Positions 27,204 through 37,217 are shown, counted from the first letter of the stretch. The stretch: DNA of 64,000 nucleotides from an uncultured virus (IMG/VR IMGVR_UViG_3300023109_000016) (IMGVR_UViG_3300023109_000016); one strand, 5' to 3'. Translations and numbers: made by a program. The notes: generated by a model not told the origin, from the sequence alone.

Positions 27204-30200
27204 ATGCAGTATTCAGATTACGCTAAAATTCTTCAAGATAAATGTGATGAAGAATACGCTTTTGCGAATTTAGCAAGAAAGCAAGGACACGACCCAAAGG
27301 ATTTTGTTGAAATCCCTCAAGCACACGACCTTGCAGACAGAACTCAAAAACTGCTTAACTTCTTGCACCCAAGAGATACGGCTTCTCAAATCAGAGAACT
27401 CACTAAATTACACGATGGAAACAGAGAATTAGTTGCTTTGGAAATCGGAAAGATTGTTTCTGCAGAGTCTTATTTATTCGGGGCTCTTGAAAAGTGTCCT
27501 GCTTGCAAAGGCCAAGGATACACCAAATCAGGTTGGAGAGAAAAAGAGTGTCTTTCGTGCAAAGGTGCAGGTTTTGACATGGCTTATACCAACATACCGA
27601 ATTGGAAAGAAACGCTTGAAAAATTTGAAACGGTTGAAAAATTTGAAAATGACGATAAAATTGCTCTTTCAATCTATCACGGGGTTTGTGCAGGATTGGC
27701 GGTTTTGACCGAGGGAATCTTGGTAGCCCCTCTTGAAGGAGTAGCCTCTGCAAGGATTATTTCTAATCAAGACGGAACAAAATGCATCTCTATTTCATAT
27801 GCAGGTCCTGTAAGGTCTGCAGGAGGAACAGGTCAAGCACTTTCTGTGCTTATTGCAGACATTGTAAGAAGAAATTTCAAGTTATCTAAATCAATTGTCA
27901 CCTCCAACGAAATAGAAAGATATAAAGAAGAAGTATCTGCTTATGCAAGAGGTCTTCAATTCAGACCTTCTAACCCTCAATTGGAAATTATTGCTAAGAA
28001 TTGTCCTGTTTATATTGACGGAGAAGGAGTTGGTAATGAAGTATCTGGACAAAGAGATTTGCCAAGAGTTCCTACTAACAAGGTTAGGGAAGGTGCGGTT
28101 CTGGTGATGTGCGAAGGATTGGTTCTTAAAGCACCGAAAATTCTAAAATATGTTTCACAATTAGGGCTTGATGGTTGGGATTGGCTTAAAGAGTTCGTTT
28201 CTAATAAGAAATCGGATTCTAAAAACGAAATCAAACCTTCCGACAAATTTATTAGTGATGTTCTCGCTGGAAGGCCTATTTTTGGAATGCCTATGCAAGA
28301 AGGAGGATTTAGGTTAAGATATGGTAGAGGAAGGTTGTCTGGATTGGCGACTACCTCTGTGCATCCTGCAACCATGAAGGCTCTTTCAGGCTTTATTATT
28401 ATTGGAACTCAAATGAAATATGAAAGACCGGGCAAAGGAACAGTAGTAACACCTTGTTCTACTATTGAAGGTCCTTATGTGCAATTCAAAGATGGTTCTG
28501 CAAAAAGAATCGTAGATTCCGAAGAATTACCAGATGGAATGCCTATTGATGTTGACTGGCCTATTGCTAAGGTATGGGATTTAGGAGAGTTGTTGGTTCC
28601 TGTAGGAGAATTCCTTGAAAATAACCATGCAATCATGCCCTCACCCTATGTTAAAGAGTGGCATGAGCAATTAGTTCCTGAGTATCCTCAATCTTTTATA
28701 GAGGCAGTTCAGCATTGTAAAGATTTAGGGGTGGCTATGGCTCCAGAATATGTTGCGAATCTTACAGATGTTTCAGCAAGGGATTTTTATGACTTTTGCA
28801 AAACACTCACGATATCGGTGTGTGGGGATAAAGTGGAAATTCATCCAATGCATCTTGAAACGGCATATAAGTTAAATGTTGATGTTGAAAAGATTAAAGG
28901 AGATTATTTCATGGTTGGAGATTCTGCTTCTGTTGTGATTCATAATTTGAAAAACATTTTGAAAATGATTAGAATCAATATGGACACTTATCCTTCTGCA
29001 TTGGAATTTTTAAATGCAGTTGCAGATTATGAAATTAAACCTAAAGTAACTTATAGGATTGGTGCAAGAATGGGTAAGCCTGAAGGGGCTAAATTAAGAG
29101 AAATGAAGCCAGCAATCCATACTCTATTCCCGCTTGGTCATGATGTAGGTAATCAAAGGAAAATTACCGATGCTATTAAAAAAGAAACGAAATCTGAAAT
29201 GGGGATTAGACATTGTAAGGTTTGTGATGCCCAAACTCATTTAGGCGTTCATTGTGGTGAAAATACTAAATTTATTGAAACCGAGTTTAAAAAGCACGAT
29301 ATTAATCAATTATGGAAAGATGCAAAGGCAAAGGTTGGCATTTATAACGATTATCCTGTAAAGGGAACCAAGGGGATGACTTCGGCTGAAAAGTGTCCAG
29401 AAAATCTTGTGAAAGGAATTATAAGATATGAAAACGATATCTCGGTGTTTAGAGACGGGACAATTAGGTTTGATATGGTAGACATCACCATGACGCATTT
29501 CAAGCCCTCTGAGATAGGTTTATCTGCTCAAAAAGCCCAAGAATTAGGTTATGCTGTGGATTCTCCAGACCAAGTAGTAGAATTATACCCTCAAGATATT
29601 GTAGTTTCTAAGAATTGTGCAGAAATTATGTTAAAAGCAACACATTATATTGACCAAATGCTTGTGAAGTTATATGACTTGGAACCTTTTTACCAATGCG
29701 AAACGGTTGAAGATTTGTTTGGTGTTATGTGCATGGGTCTTGCACCTCACACATCAGGAGCCATTCTTTGTAGGTTGATTGGAGTAGCAGATATTAAAGG
29801 CCATTACGGTCATCCGTTTTTCCACGCAGGAAAAAGAAGAAATTGTGATGGCGATATTGATTGCATTCTTCTTTTGCTTGACGGATTGATGAATTTTAGC
29901 AAATCCTTCTTGTCCACGACCAGAGGTGGTCAAATGGATGCTCCTTTGATTTTAACTACGAAGTTGAATCCAAGTGAAATTGATAAAGAAGCCCTTAATG
30001 TAGATATTAATTGGAGATATCCTGTAGAGTTTTATGAGTTGAGTCAATCAACACCAAATCCTAAGGAAGTTTTCAATGCAGGAATTAAGACTGTAGAAAC
30101 GGTGTTAGGGACTCCTGAAGAGATTAGAGGCTTCGGATATACACACGGAACAAAAGATTGCTCAGAAGGTCCTAAAAACAACCCTTATAACACATTAGAT

Positions 30201-30644
30201 TCCATGAGGCAGAAAACAATGGTTCAGTTTGCTCTTGGAAACACGCTTCATTCAGTAGATAATATGGAACAATCAAGCAAATTGATTGATAGGCACTTGA
30301 TTAGAGACATGAGAGGAAATTTGAGGGCTTTTGGACAACAAAAGGTAAGATGCACGAAATGTGGAGAATCATATAGAAGACCTCCTATCAATGGGAAATG
30401 CAGAACCGTTGTTGATAAAAAGGTTGACCCGTTTTCAGGAGAAGAAATTGAAGTAAATTGTCCGGGAAATATCATTTTGACGGTATCTCAAGGGTCTATT
30501 AAAAAGTATGATGGCTTAATGGGAGAATTGGTTGAAAAATGGGGTTGCGACCAATATACTGCTCAACTTTATGAATGGGTTTCTATGTGGGTTAAACAAA
30601 CCTTTAGAACTGAAAACGAAAGAGAACAAAAAACTCTTTGGTGA
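27204..30644 (+). CDS. polC: DNA polymerase D large (catalytic) subunit DP2
   Basis: 1146 aa; LTEGILVAPLEG, YAGPVRSAGGT, GGFRLRYGR, IGARMGKPE, FRDGTIRFD, GLAPHTS, KRRNCDGD, RGGQMDAPL, D.RGNLRAF..Q..RC..C; class-E promoter at 27174. Confidence 0.98.
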   Translation: MQYSDYAKILQDKCDEEYAFANLARKQGHDPKDFVEIPQAHDLADRTQKLLNFLHPRDTASQIRELTKLHDGNRELVALEIGKIVSAESYLFGALEKCPACKGQGYTKSGWREKECLSCKGAGFDMAYTNIPNWKETLEKFETVEKFENDDKIALSIYHGVCAGLAVLTEGILVAPLEGVASARIISNQDGTKCISISYAGPVRSAGGTGQALSVLIADIVRRNFKLSKSIVTSNEIERYKEEVSAYARGLQFRPSNPQLEIIAKNCPVYIDGEGVGNEVSGQRDLPRVPTNKVREGAVLVMCEGLVLKAPKILKYVSQLGLDGWDWLKEFVSNKKSDSKNEIKPSDKFISDVLAGRPIFGMPMQEGGFRLRYGRGRLSGLATTSVHPATMKALSGFIIIGTQMKYERPGKGTVVTPCSTIEGPYVQFKDGSAKRIVDSEELPDGMPIDVDWPIAKVWDLGELLVPVGEFLENNHAIMPSPYVKEWHEQLVPEYPQSFIEAVQHCKDLGVAMAPEYVANLTDVSARDFYDFCKTLTISVCGDKVEIHPMHLETAYKLNVDVEKIKGDYFMVGDSASVVIHNLKNILKMIRINMDTYPSALEFLNAVADYEIKPKVTYRIGARMGKPEGAKLREMKPAIHTLFPLGHDVGNQRKITDAIKKETKSEMGIRHCKVCDAQTHLGVHCGENTKFIETEFKKHDINQLWKDAKAKVGIYNDYPVKGTKGMTSAEKCPENLVKGIIRYENDISVFRDGTIRFDMVDITMTHFKPSEIGLSAQKAQELGYAVDSPDQVVELYPQDIVVSKNCAEIMLKATHYIDQMLVKLYDLEPFYQCETVEDLFGVMCMGLAPHTSGAILCRLIGVADIKGHYGHPFFHAGKRRNCDGDIDCILLLLDGLMNFSKSFLSTTRGGQMDAPLILTTKLNPSEIDKEALNVDINWRYPVEFYELSQSTPNPKEVFNAGIKTVETVLGTPEEIRGFGYTHGTKDCSEGPKNNPYNTLDSMRQKTMVQFALGNTLHSVDNMEQSSKLIDRHLIRDMRGNLRAFGQQKVRCTKCGESYRRPPINGKCRTVVDKKVDPFSGEEIEVNCPGNIILTVSQGSIKKYDGLMGELVEKWGCDQYTAQLYEWVSMWVKQTFRTENEREQKTLW

Positions 30645-30700
30645 TTTCATAAATCCTTTCATTTGTGCAATAGCCTCTTGAACATCATCATCTAACCTTG

Positions 30701-31183
30701 TCATGATTTCATCTCCCAAGGACTTAATTTCCAATTTAAAAATTCTGTTTCATATGGATTTATAAATTGATTAAATAATTTTTCATCAAATAATATGTAT
30801 TTTAGAGGCCATTCATTATCAATAAAATCTTCAATTTCCTCAAATTTATCTTCCTCTAAATATAATTGGTTTATATGTGGTTTTACTATGATTTCATTTG
30901 AAAGTGTAATAAAAGATACACTTATTTCATTACCTTCGCATTTAGACCAATTACTAAAAAAAACATAGTCATAGTCTTTATAATCATCTGTTAAGGAAAA
31001 ATCTATATAAATATTTTTTTCTTTATTTCTATTTTCTAAGATATCGCTAAGATATTCATTAGGCTCTTTTTTTTTAATTTCTTGAATATATAGTAAAAGG
31101 TTGTTTGTATTTATTCTATTTTTATTTGCATAATCTTCCTGAATAAGTTCTCTTAATTTATTTATAAGTTCTTGCAAATTCAT
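30701..31183 (-). CDS. Hypothetical protein with C-terminal FLNW tag
   Basis: Ends EFLNWKLSPWEMKS; GAGGTGA SD. Confidence 0.8.
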   Translation of the reverse strand: MNLQELINKLRELIQEDYANKNRINTNNLLLYIQEIKKKEPNEYLSDILENRNKEKNIYIDFSLTDDYKDYDYVFFSNWSKCEGNEISVSFITLSNEIIVKPHINQLYLEEDKFEEIEDFIDNEWPLKYILFDEKLFNQFINPYETEFLNWKLSPWEMKS

Positions 31184-31192
31184 AACTTCACC

Positions 31193-32287
31193 TCAATATT
31201 CTCTTAATGCGTGAACAATCTCATGAAGCGTTAATCCAAAACCTGTCCACAAAATAGGCTCTTTGTATTTATTCCAATAAGGTTCTATGGAAGGAGGTCT
31301 AATTCTTTTGAAAAGTTCATATTTAATTTCATCTGTGTCTTTATATCTTCCGACCTTTTTCAATTTAAAGCCTGTTTTCCTATAAAGTCTTAGGGCTCCT
31401 AAATTAGATTCTCTTACATGACCGTAAATATATTCAATGTTTGGAATTTTTTTGGCTTCTTGAATCATTCCTTCAACTAATGCTTGACCGATTCCCCATT
31501 TTCTGTATTGATTACCAACTCCTAAACTGATGAAATTCAAAATTCTCGGTTTCCTATCTAATTTAGGTTTCGTTTCAGGTCTGCAAACGATATATCCTGC
31601 TACTTGACCCTCTGAATCTTCGGCAACCAAGAAAACTCCATATTGTAAATTTAATTTTGAAGAAAAATAACTGTAATCTCTTTTCTTTTGAAGGAATTCA
31701 TTATGCATAGATAAAATAGCAGAAATATCCTTTGAATTAGCCTTTCTTAATTTGAAAACTCCTTTTTCTGGTTGCTTTTCTGGCAATTTCCTAATCTTGA
31801 AAATTTGTTTATAAGGGTCTTTTAAGGTTTTCTCACCATCAGGATTTGTCCAAGTCAAGGTTATCTTTTCCTCACCATCTTTATATTCTCCAGCAATAAC
31901 TGCATCAAAACCTAATCCTTTACAATAATTGATAGTATCTTTACTTGAAGCCCTTACAGTCATTGTTAGAGTTTTAAAACCTCCCTTTTTAACATCTGAA
32001 ATAACTCTTTTAATAAGAGCGTTTGCAATAGGTTCGCCTCTTGAACCTACTCCTAATGAAGCCATCGTCATTTTTGAAGCCTTCCAATCAGGCCTTGCCG
32101 CAACAAAACCTAAGATGTTATCTCTCTCACTTAATGCAATATAGAGAGGATGATTTTTCTTGTTTAAGAAATTTGAATAGTATTGATAATTCTGCTGGCT
32201 TTTAAACATTTTGTTGTGAATATTGACAATTCTGCCAATCATAGCCCTGTTCGGCTGATACAAAGAATACTTAATAGCCTCAGCCAT
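31193..32287 (-). CDS. Tandem (double) GNAT acetyltransferase, RimI/Ard1-like
   Basis: Two GNAT domains: SLGV...TVRAS...GF and ISLGVGNQYRKWGIG...HVRESNLGALRLYRKTGF; hydrophobic C-terminus. Confidence 0.85.
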   Translation of the reverse strand: MAEAIKYSLYQPNRAMIGRIVNIHNKMFKSQQNYQYYSNFLNKKNHPLYIALSERDNILGFVAARPDWKASKMTMASLGVGSRGEPIANALIKRVISDVKKGGFKTLTMTVRASSKDTINYCKGLGFDAVIAGEYKDGEEKITLTWTNPDGEKTLKDPYKQIFKIRKLPEKQPEKGVFKLRKANSKDISAILSMHNEFLQKKRDYSYFSSKLNLQYGVFLVAEDSEGQVAGYIVCRPETKPKLDRKPRILNFISLGVGNQYRKWGIGQALVEGMIQEAKKIPNIEYIYGHVRESNLGALRLYRKTGFKLKKVGRYKDTDEIKYELFKRIRPPSIEPYWNKYKEPILWTGFGLTLHEIVHALREY

Positions 32288-32322
32288 ATGAAATCTTTGG
32301 AGTTTCCGCTATTTAAAATTAC

Positions 32323-32484
32323 CTATTCAGTAGCAATTTTTTCAATAGCCGTTTTAAAAGCATCACAAATAGAGACTAATGCCTTAGCCCCCTCATATCC
32401 CTTAGCATCAAAATTCGTGGAAATATTTTCAAATAACATAATAATATGCTTTGGCTCAAGATACACAGGAATTTTATCGCTCAT
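32323..32484 (-). CDS. Small hypothetical protein (not in ORF track)
   Basis: 53 aa MSDKIPVYLEPKHII...; TTTAAATAGTA promoter upstream. Confidence 0.55.
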   Translation of the reverse strand: MSDKIPVYLEPKHIIMLFENISTNFDAKGYEGAKALVSICDAFKTAIEKIATE

Positions 32485-32517
32485 ATTTCGTGATACGGTG
32501 TCTTACTATTTAAAGCA

Positions 32518-33525
32518 TCACGGCCCTGCCCAAGCAGGAACATAGAGTGGAGGGATTCCGCCCGCTAAGTCTGCGGCTTGGAAAAGAACCCATCCATATT
32601 GATTATATACTGTATCATCAGGAGGGGGTTTAACGAAACCAAAGCCGGGAGGTGCGCCCGGGTCGCCGGGAGAGGGGACACCCGGACCAATGGCTATAAA
32701 GTTAAGCCCTACATTGGGGTCGGTTGGGGTTCCGGTTTCATCCATGCTCCCATTTACAGAAACGCTCGTTACAGTTCCACTTGGTAATGTTCCAAGACTT
32801 AAATCGCCTAAAATAACTTGTGATGAAGTTCCTGCACCTGCAATATTAATAGTTCCCGAATTAGTTACAGGAGAACCCGTAATAGTTAAAGCCGAACCAG
32901 TTTCAGTTAAACCAACGGAAGTTACGGTTCCGTTGTTGACTGCATCAATTGTGATTGAACCTGCTCCATTCGTAATAGTAATGCCTGTTCCTGCACTAAG
33001 AGTAGCAACTGTGGGGTCTCCTGTGCCATCACCAATTAAAAGTTGTCCGTTTGTAAGAACGGCGGTAGCGGAGATAGCACCTGTTCCGGAGCCTAACAAA
33101 ACTCCCCCGTTTGTTAGAGTGTTAGCACCTGTGCCTCCTTGAGCAACAGATAAAGGAGTTGTCAATCCCGATAAAGAAGTAATATCAGAGTTAGCACCAG
33201 AAGCCGCCGCACCTAATGAGGTTCTTGCACCAGAAGCAGTTGTTGCTCCAGTTCCACCATTGGCTACTACAAGGGTTCCTGCAACGGTTATTGCTCCTGT
33301 GGTGGCAGTTGAAGGAGTCAAACCGGTGGTTCCCATAGAAAGAGAGTCAACTCCGCCTCCGCCTCCGCCTCCAGTCGTGATGGTAACAGAACCGCTACCA
33401 TCATCAGTAAGAGTTCCGTTTGAAACTGTAATTTTAGTAACTCCGAATACATTTGGAGAACCATCTACTTCAGTTACATTCAAACCTGCTTGACCCGCAT
33501 CCGAACCTGTGTAAGTGTTAGCCAT
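32518..33525 (-). CDS. Gly/Thr-rich virion fibre or spike protein
   Basis: LVVANGGTGAT / LSVAQGGTGAN and GTVTSV repeats typical of viral fibres; Pro-rich C-terminal domain. Confidence 0.75.
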   Translation of the reverse strand: MANTYTGSDAGQAGLNVTEVDGSPNVFGVTKITVSNGTLTDDGSGSVTITTGGGGGGGVDSLSMGTTGLTPSTATTGAITVAGTLVVANGGTGATTASGARTSLGAAASGANSDITSLSGLTTPLSVAQGGTGANTLTNGGVLLGSGTGAISATAVLTNGQLLIGDGTGDPTVATLSAGTGITITNGAGSITIDAVNNGTVTSVGLTETGSALTITGSPVTNSGTINIAGAGTSSQVILGDLSLGTLPSGTVTSVSVNGSMDETGTPTDPNVGLNFIAIGPGVPSPGDPGAPPGFGFVKPPPDDTVYNQYGWVLFQAADLAGGIPPLYVPAWAGP

Positions 33526-33535
33526 TTAATCAACC

Positions 33536-34453
33536 TCAGTTATTTTCTAATTGTTGGTAAGCAACATCAACATATCCTGAAAGTTGTTCTGACCAACCGT
33601 TGAAACAAATCTCCATATCTCCTGTATCAAGAGTTTGACCTGTTTGGTTGATAATTCTAAAAACAACTTGTTCAGTAACAGTCAATGGTTGAGTGAAATT
33701 CCATTGAGATTGCAAAGGAGTAACAGGAGACCATTGGAAATTCTGCCATTCCATGAAAAGAACTCCATCAACCCAAATTTGATATTTAAGAGGGTCTGCC
33801 GTTGTGAAACCACCGCCGATGCTTTGATTGGATTGCGATACTTCTGAATGCCCAAAAGACTTAATTTTGTAAATTTCGCCGGGGGCTCCGATGTTTACGC
33901 TTCCAGAAACGCCTGTAATAGTGTTTCCTCCTTGATTCGGGAAAGAAGGGTTGCCTGTGCCTGTCTGAGAACCGTCTGCGAATCTCTGGGTCAAGTTTGC
34001 AGGACTTGGAACAGGGCCGGGGATTGCAGTAGGGGTTGTAGTGTTGCTACCAGAAACATCTGCTACATTGAGAACTAAAACATCCATATATTCATCATCT
34101 GCAATCCTATCATCAGAACCTCCCGAACCCGTTTTATTAGTAAAATCATATTTAGCCCTTGAAATTACATTCGCTGAATCACCCTTAGGATATAAATGCC
34201 AAGGGAATCTTGCAGTATCTACGGCTCTGGCAAAATCAAGATGCTCTACCGCAGGTCTTACATCAGTCATGTAGGTATGGGGGTCAATTCCCTTTCTAAA
34301 TGGAGATGTTTGTGAATGTGATGGAGTAGAATAAGTATGCTCTGGGGCAGGAACATTATCAACAGTATCCTTAACGACACTCATATTGGTTTGAAAAGCC
34401 TTCTTTCTATAGGCTCTCTTGATGTCTCTTCTCTTGTCGCTAAACGAACTCAT
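33536..34453 (-). CDS. Putative structural beta-sandwich protein
   Basis: Basic N-terminus; C-terminal strand pattern like the adjacent paralogues (FTQPLTV). Confidence 0.6.
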   Translation of the reverse strand: MSSFSDKRRDIKRAYRKKAFQTNMSVVKDTVDNVPAPEHTYSTPSHSQTSPFRKGIDPHTYMTDVRPAVEHLDFARAVDTARFPWHLYPKGDSANVISRAKYDFTNKTGSGGSDDRIADDEYMDVLVLNVADVSGSNTTTPTAIPGPVPSPANLTQRFADGSQTGTGNPSFPNQGGNTITGVSGSVNIGAPGEIYKIKSFGHSEVSQSNQSIGGGFTTADPLKYQIWVDGVLFMEWQNFQWSPVTPLQSQWNFTQPLTVTEQVVFRIINQTGQTLDTGDMEICFNGWSEQLSGYVDVAYQQLENN

Positions 34454-34492
34454 ATTTAAACTAAGTTCGTGCTACTATTTAAAATTTTGCAA

Positions 34493-34924
34493 TTATGCTT
34501 CTCTGATATACATCTCTGAAATCAAAGTAATTACAAAAGTTAAATTCGCTGAAGGTGCAGAGCCTCCAGTCCATTCAAGAGATACTTGAAGAGGTTGTCT
34601 GTGCAAAACAAGCACCGGAGAAGAAAAAGCAAGAGTTCTATCTTCAGCCCTAATAATTCTTCCACCATCCATTGCAGTAGATGGAATTCTGTTAGGACCT
34701 GCTTGAATAGAAATGTCAAAATTCCTAACATTTGCAGAACCTGCATAATTTAATTCATTACCGTTTACATCTACTGCCGTAACCATTAAACCATAAATTC
34801 TAACTTCTTCATTAAAAGATTGGTTCGTATAGATTTGAACAGCCTTTACCGAGCCCATAGTATCAGCAGTCGTAAATGCGTGTCTTGTAGTATAAAACTC
34901 AGGTTGCGGATTTTGATTTACCAT
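34493..34924 (-). CDS. NQNPQPE-family beta-rich structural protein 3
   Basis: MVNQNPQPEFYTTRH; paralogue of the two upstream genes. Confidence 0.75.
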   Translation of the reverse strand: MVNQNPQPEFYTTRHAFTTADTMGSVKAVQIYTNQSFNEEVRIYGLMVTAVDVNGNELNYAGSANVRNFDISIQAGPNRIPSTAMDGGRIIRAEDRTLAFSSPVLVLHRQPLQVSLEWTGGSAPSANLTFVITLISEMYIREA

Positions 34925-34930
34925 TTTTTA

Positions 34931-35347
34931 TCACCTTTTTAGAATACAAGTTTCACCAATCAATCTTACAATAACATCGTAATCCGTAGAACTTGCCGAT
35001 GTAGATACATTCTCAACCTTAACTTGCAAAGGTTGCTTGAAATTCAATAAAACAGGACACGACAAAGCGACAATTTTTTCTCTGGAACTAATGATAAATC
35101 CTCCGTCAAAAGAATTCGTAGGAATATTATTTGGTCCTGCCGAGATAGTAATGTCAAAATCTACGAAATCAGGCGTGGAATCATTATCTCCATTATTTAC
35201 TACATCAAAACCAATAGCATAAAGCCTAAATTGCTCATTATGGCCTTGTAAGGTGTAAACAGTATTTTGCAATACAGTCGTGTTGGTTACATCTACTGCA
35301 TTAAAGACAGTTTCAAAAACTTCTGGTTGAGGGTCTTGATTTACCAT
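34931..35347 (-). CDS. NQNPQPE-family beta-rich structural protein 2
   Basis: MVNQDPQPEVFET. Confidence 0.75.
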   Translation of the reverse strand: MVNQDPQPEVFETVFNAVDVTNTTVLQNTVYTLQGHNEQFRLYAIGFDVVNNGDNDSTPDFVDFDITISAGPNNIPTNSFDGGFIISSREKIVALSCPVLLNFKQPLQVKVENVSTSASSTDYDVIVRLIGETCILKR

Positions 35348-35841
35348 TAGAAAGGCCTCCTTGGAATTGCTTGGTCAATTTCTCTTGGGAATCCCATCTG
35401 ACCATTTGGAAGGCAAACTTCTGCAAGTGAAAGTTCTGCATTAAGGCTTACCTTGACATCAGTAGCAGGGTTAAGAGTAGTTGCTTGACCTGTTCCACCT
35501 TTCCAATTTACTTCAACAGAAATAGGTTGTTGGAAAAGAACCAAAATGGGGGTCGGGAATGTTACAGTCTTATCATCTCTGGCTTGAACAACCCCTAAAT
35601 CAAATTCTTGGAAAGGAACATAAGAGTTTCCAATTTTAATTCTTACAGAAAAATCAGTAGCCGGTGAAGCGGCTCCCGTTCCCGAATTTACAAAATTTAC
35701 TGAAAGAGAGTAAATTCTAACTTCTTCAGAAGAATTTTGATTAGTATAGATAGTTTTAATGTTTTGAGTTCCTGCGGCTACTCCTGAAGCAAAAATGTGC
35801 CTCGTTGTGTAAATCTCAGGTTGCGGATTTTGATTAGCCAT
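35347..35841 (-). CDS. NQNPQPE-family beta-rich structural protein 1
   Basis: MANQNPQPEIYTTRH; class-L promoter plus SD. Confidence 0.75.
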   Translation of the reverse strand: MANQNPQPEIYTTRHIFASGVAAGTQNIKTIYTNQNSSEEVRIYSLSVNFVNSGTGAASPATDFSVRIKIGNSYVPFQEFDLGVVQARDDKTVTFPTPILVLFQQPISVEVNWKGGTGQATTLNPATDVKVSLNAELSLAEVCLPNGQMGFPREIDQAIPRRPF

Positions 35842-35888
35842 TTATTACACTCCTATATTCTCTGTTGCTCTTCCTACTATTTAAAACT

Positions 35889-36104
35889 TTACTCTGCATT
35901 ATCTTTTTTTCTAAACCACAGATAAACTAAAACACCAAGAATAATTAAATCAATAGCGATAGCATAAGGGCCTAACTTTGAACCTTGTCTAATAGCATCT
36001 CCGGGCGTATAAGGCCATTGCGAAATGATGTATATGGTTGAAATAAATATCAAAACCATGAAGAAAAGCAACATATCCAAAATATTGCTTAATTTATTTT
36101 TCAT
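35889..36104 (-). CDS. Small 2-TM membrane protein
   Basis: Two hydrophobic helices; TTTAAATAGTCG promoter. Confidence 0.75.
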   Translation of the reverse strand: MKNKLSNILDMLLFFMVLIFISTIYIISQWPYTPGDAIRQGSKLGPYAIAIDLIILGVLVYLWFRKKDNAE

Positions 36105-36134
36105 GTTATATCCCTCTTAAACGACTATTTAAAT

Positions 36135-36626
36135 TTATTCAAACAATTCTTCAACTGTTTCATATTCAACAGGAATCTTTTCTATGGTTTCTACTTGATA
36201 AGATTTATGTTGAGAATAAGTAGCAAGATAGCCTCTAATAACATCATACATATCATCTCCTAAGTCATCAATTTCTTGCCTTAATGTTTTTCCATCAGCC
36301 TCTGCCTTTTCAGCCATTTTTCTTTTAAGGCTCGTCATCATATGGAAAGTATGGTAAAAGTCTGCAGTAAATGCGGCTGAGGTTTTATCAGAGATTTCTT
36401 CAGCAGACATTTGGGCTTTAATCGCCAAAAGAACTGCTCCTAAATTAGTAGCAATAATGAAGCCTAAAGCATTCCAAATCAAAAGATTTGAAGGCGTAAT
36501 CATTAAAGAAATAAATTGAACAATGATTGCTATTAAAAATATATAAAAAGTCATGGATTTTGCTGAAACAAATCTGGTCCCATCATCAACCATTGAATTC
36601 CAATATTCCACATCATCCTTGGACAA
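36135..36626 (-). CDS. 2-TM membrane protein with helical tail
   Basis: Two N-proximal TMs. Confidence 0.7.
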   Translation of the reverse strand: MSKDDVEYWNSMVDDGTRFVSAKSMTFYIFLIAIIVQFISLMITPSNLLIWNALGFIIATNLGAVLLAIKAQMSAEEISDKTSAAFTADFYHTFHMMTSLKRKMAEKAEADGKTLRQEIDDLGDDMYDVIRGYLATYSQHKSYQVETIEKIPVEYETVEELFE

Positions 36627-37173
36627 AGAGATAGTTATCCCCCCTAATAGTCATCCATTCAATATTAGTAAATCCGTAAGTATTTATAATTTCTTCTACC
36701 TTCTTCCTCCACTTTCTCTGTGGGTCAATCAAAAATACCTTGTCTCTAAAAATTCCTTGATTGAAAAGCATAATAAAATCTTCAATTGGATATATATAAT
36801 AAGAATTCTCAGAATCTACTTCTTCTTTTGCATGAGGCATCATTTGTTGAATCTCTTCAAGCAATTTACCCTTATCTTGGAAAAAATCTTCCCCATATAT
36901 AGATAAGATTTCTTCAGGAACTCCTATGCCCGCACTCATCCTTTCTTCAATAATTGCCCATTCTCTTTCAAAAATAGAATCCCATTGATTAGGGCTATTA
37001 AAATAATCCAATCCTAAGGATGTTTGCCTGTCCAGCAAATAATTCTGCCTTGAAGCAAGAAGGTATTGTTGCCAATCATCTAACATCTCCCAAGCCCTGT
37101 CTTTTTGCACCCAATTTTCAATCTCCAAATCACCATAAGTCTCTTGAGCATCTTTTTTGGATTCCTGAGGCAT
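36613..37173 (-). CDS. Hypothetical protein
   Basis: 186 aa; TTTAAGTAG promoter. Confidence 0.7.
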   Translation of the reverse strand: MPQESKKDAQETYGDLEIENWVQKDRAWEMLDDWQQYLLASRQNYLLDRQTSLGLDYFNSPNQWDSIFEREWAIIEERMSAGIGVPEEILSIYGEDFFQDKGKLLEEIQQMMPHAKEEVDSENSYYIYPIEDFIMLFNQGIFRDKVFLIDPQRKWRKKVEEIINTYGFTNIEWMTIRGDNYLFVQG

Positions 37174-37217
37174 ACCTTCATTTTAAATTTTTACCTACTT
37201 AAATGTTGGTAATCTCT

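Noticed and set aside
27495..27572. Intein in DP2
   Set aside because: The insert is short and Cys-rich, without C/S...HN splice motifs or an endonuclease.
32518..33525. Evidence for a tailed (Caudoviricetes) virion
   Set aside because: Fibre repeats are shared across virus types; no portal, terminase, tail tube or tape measure recognised in this window.
32578..34274. Antisense ORFs such as 32690..33142 and 33260..33493 (also 27403..27753, 50433..50798, 62447..63076)
   Set aside because: Shadows of well-supported genes on the other strand, with no promoter or SD and no motifs.
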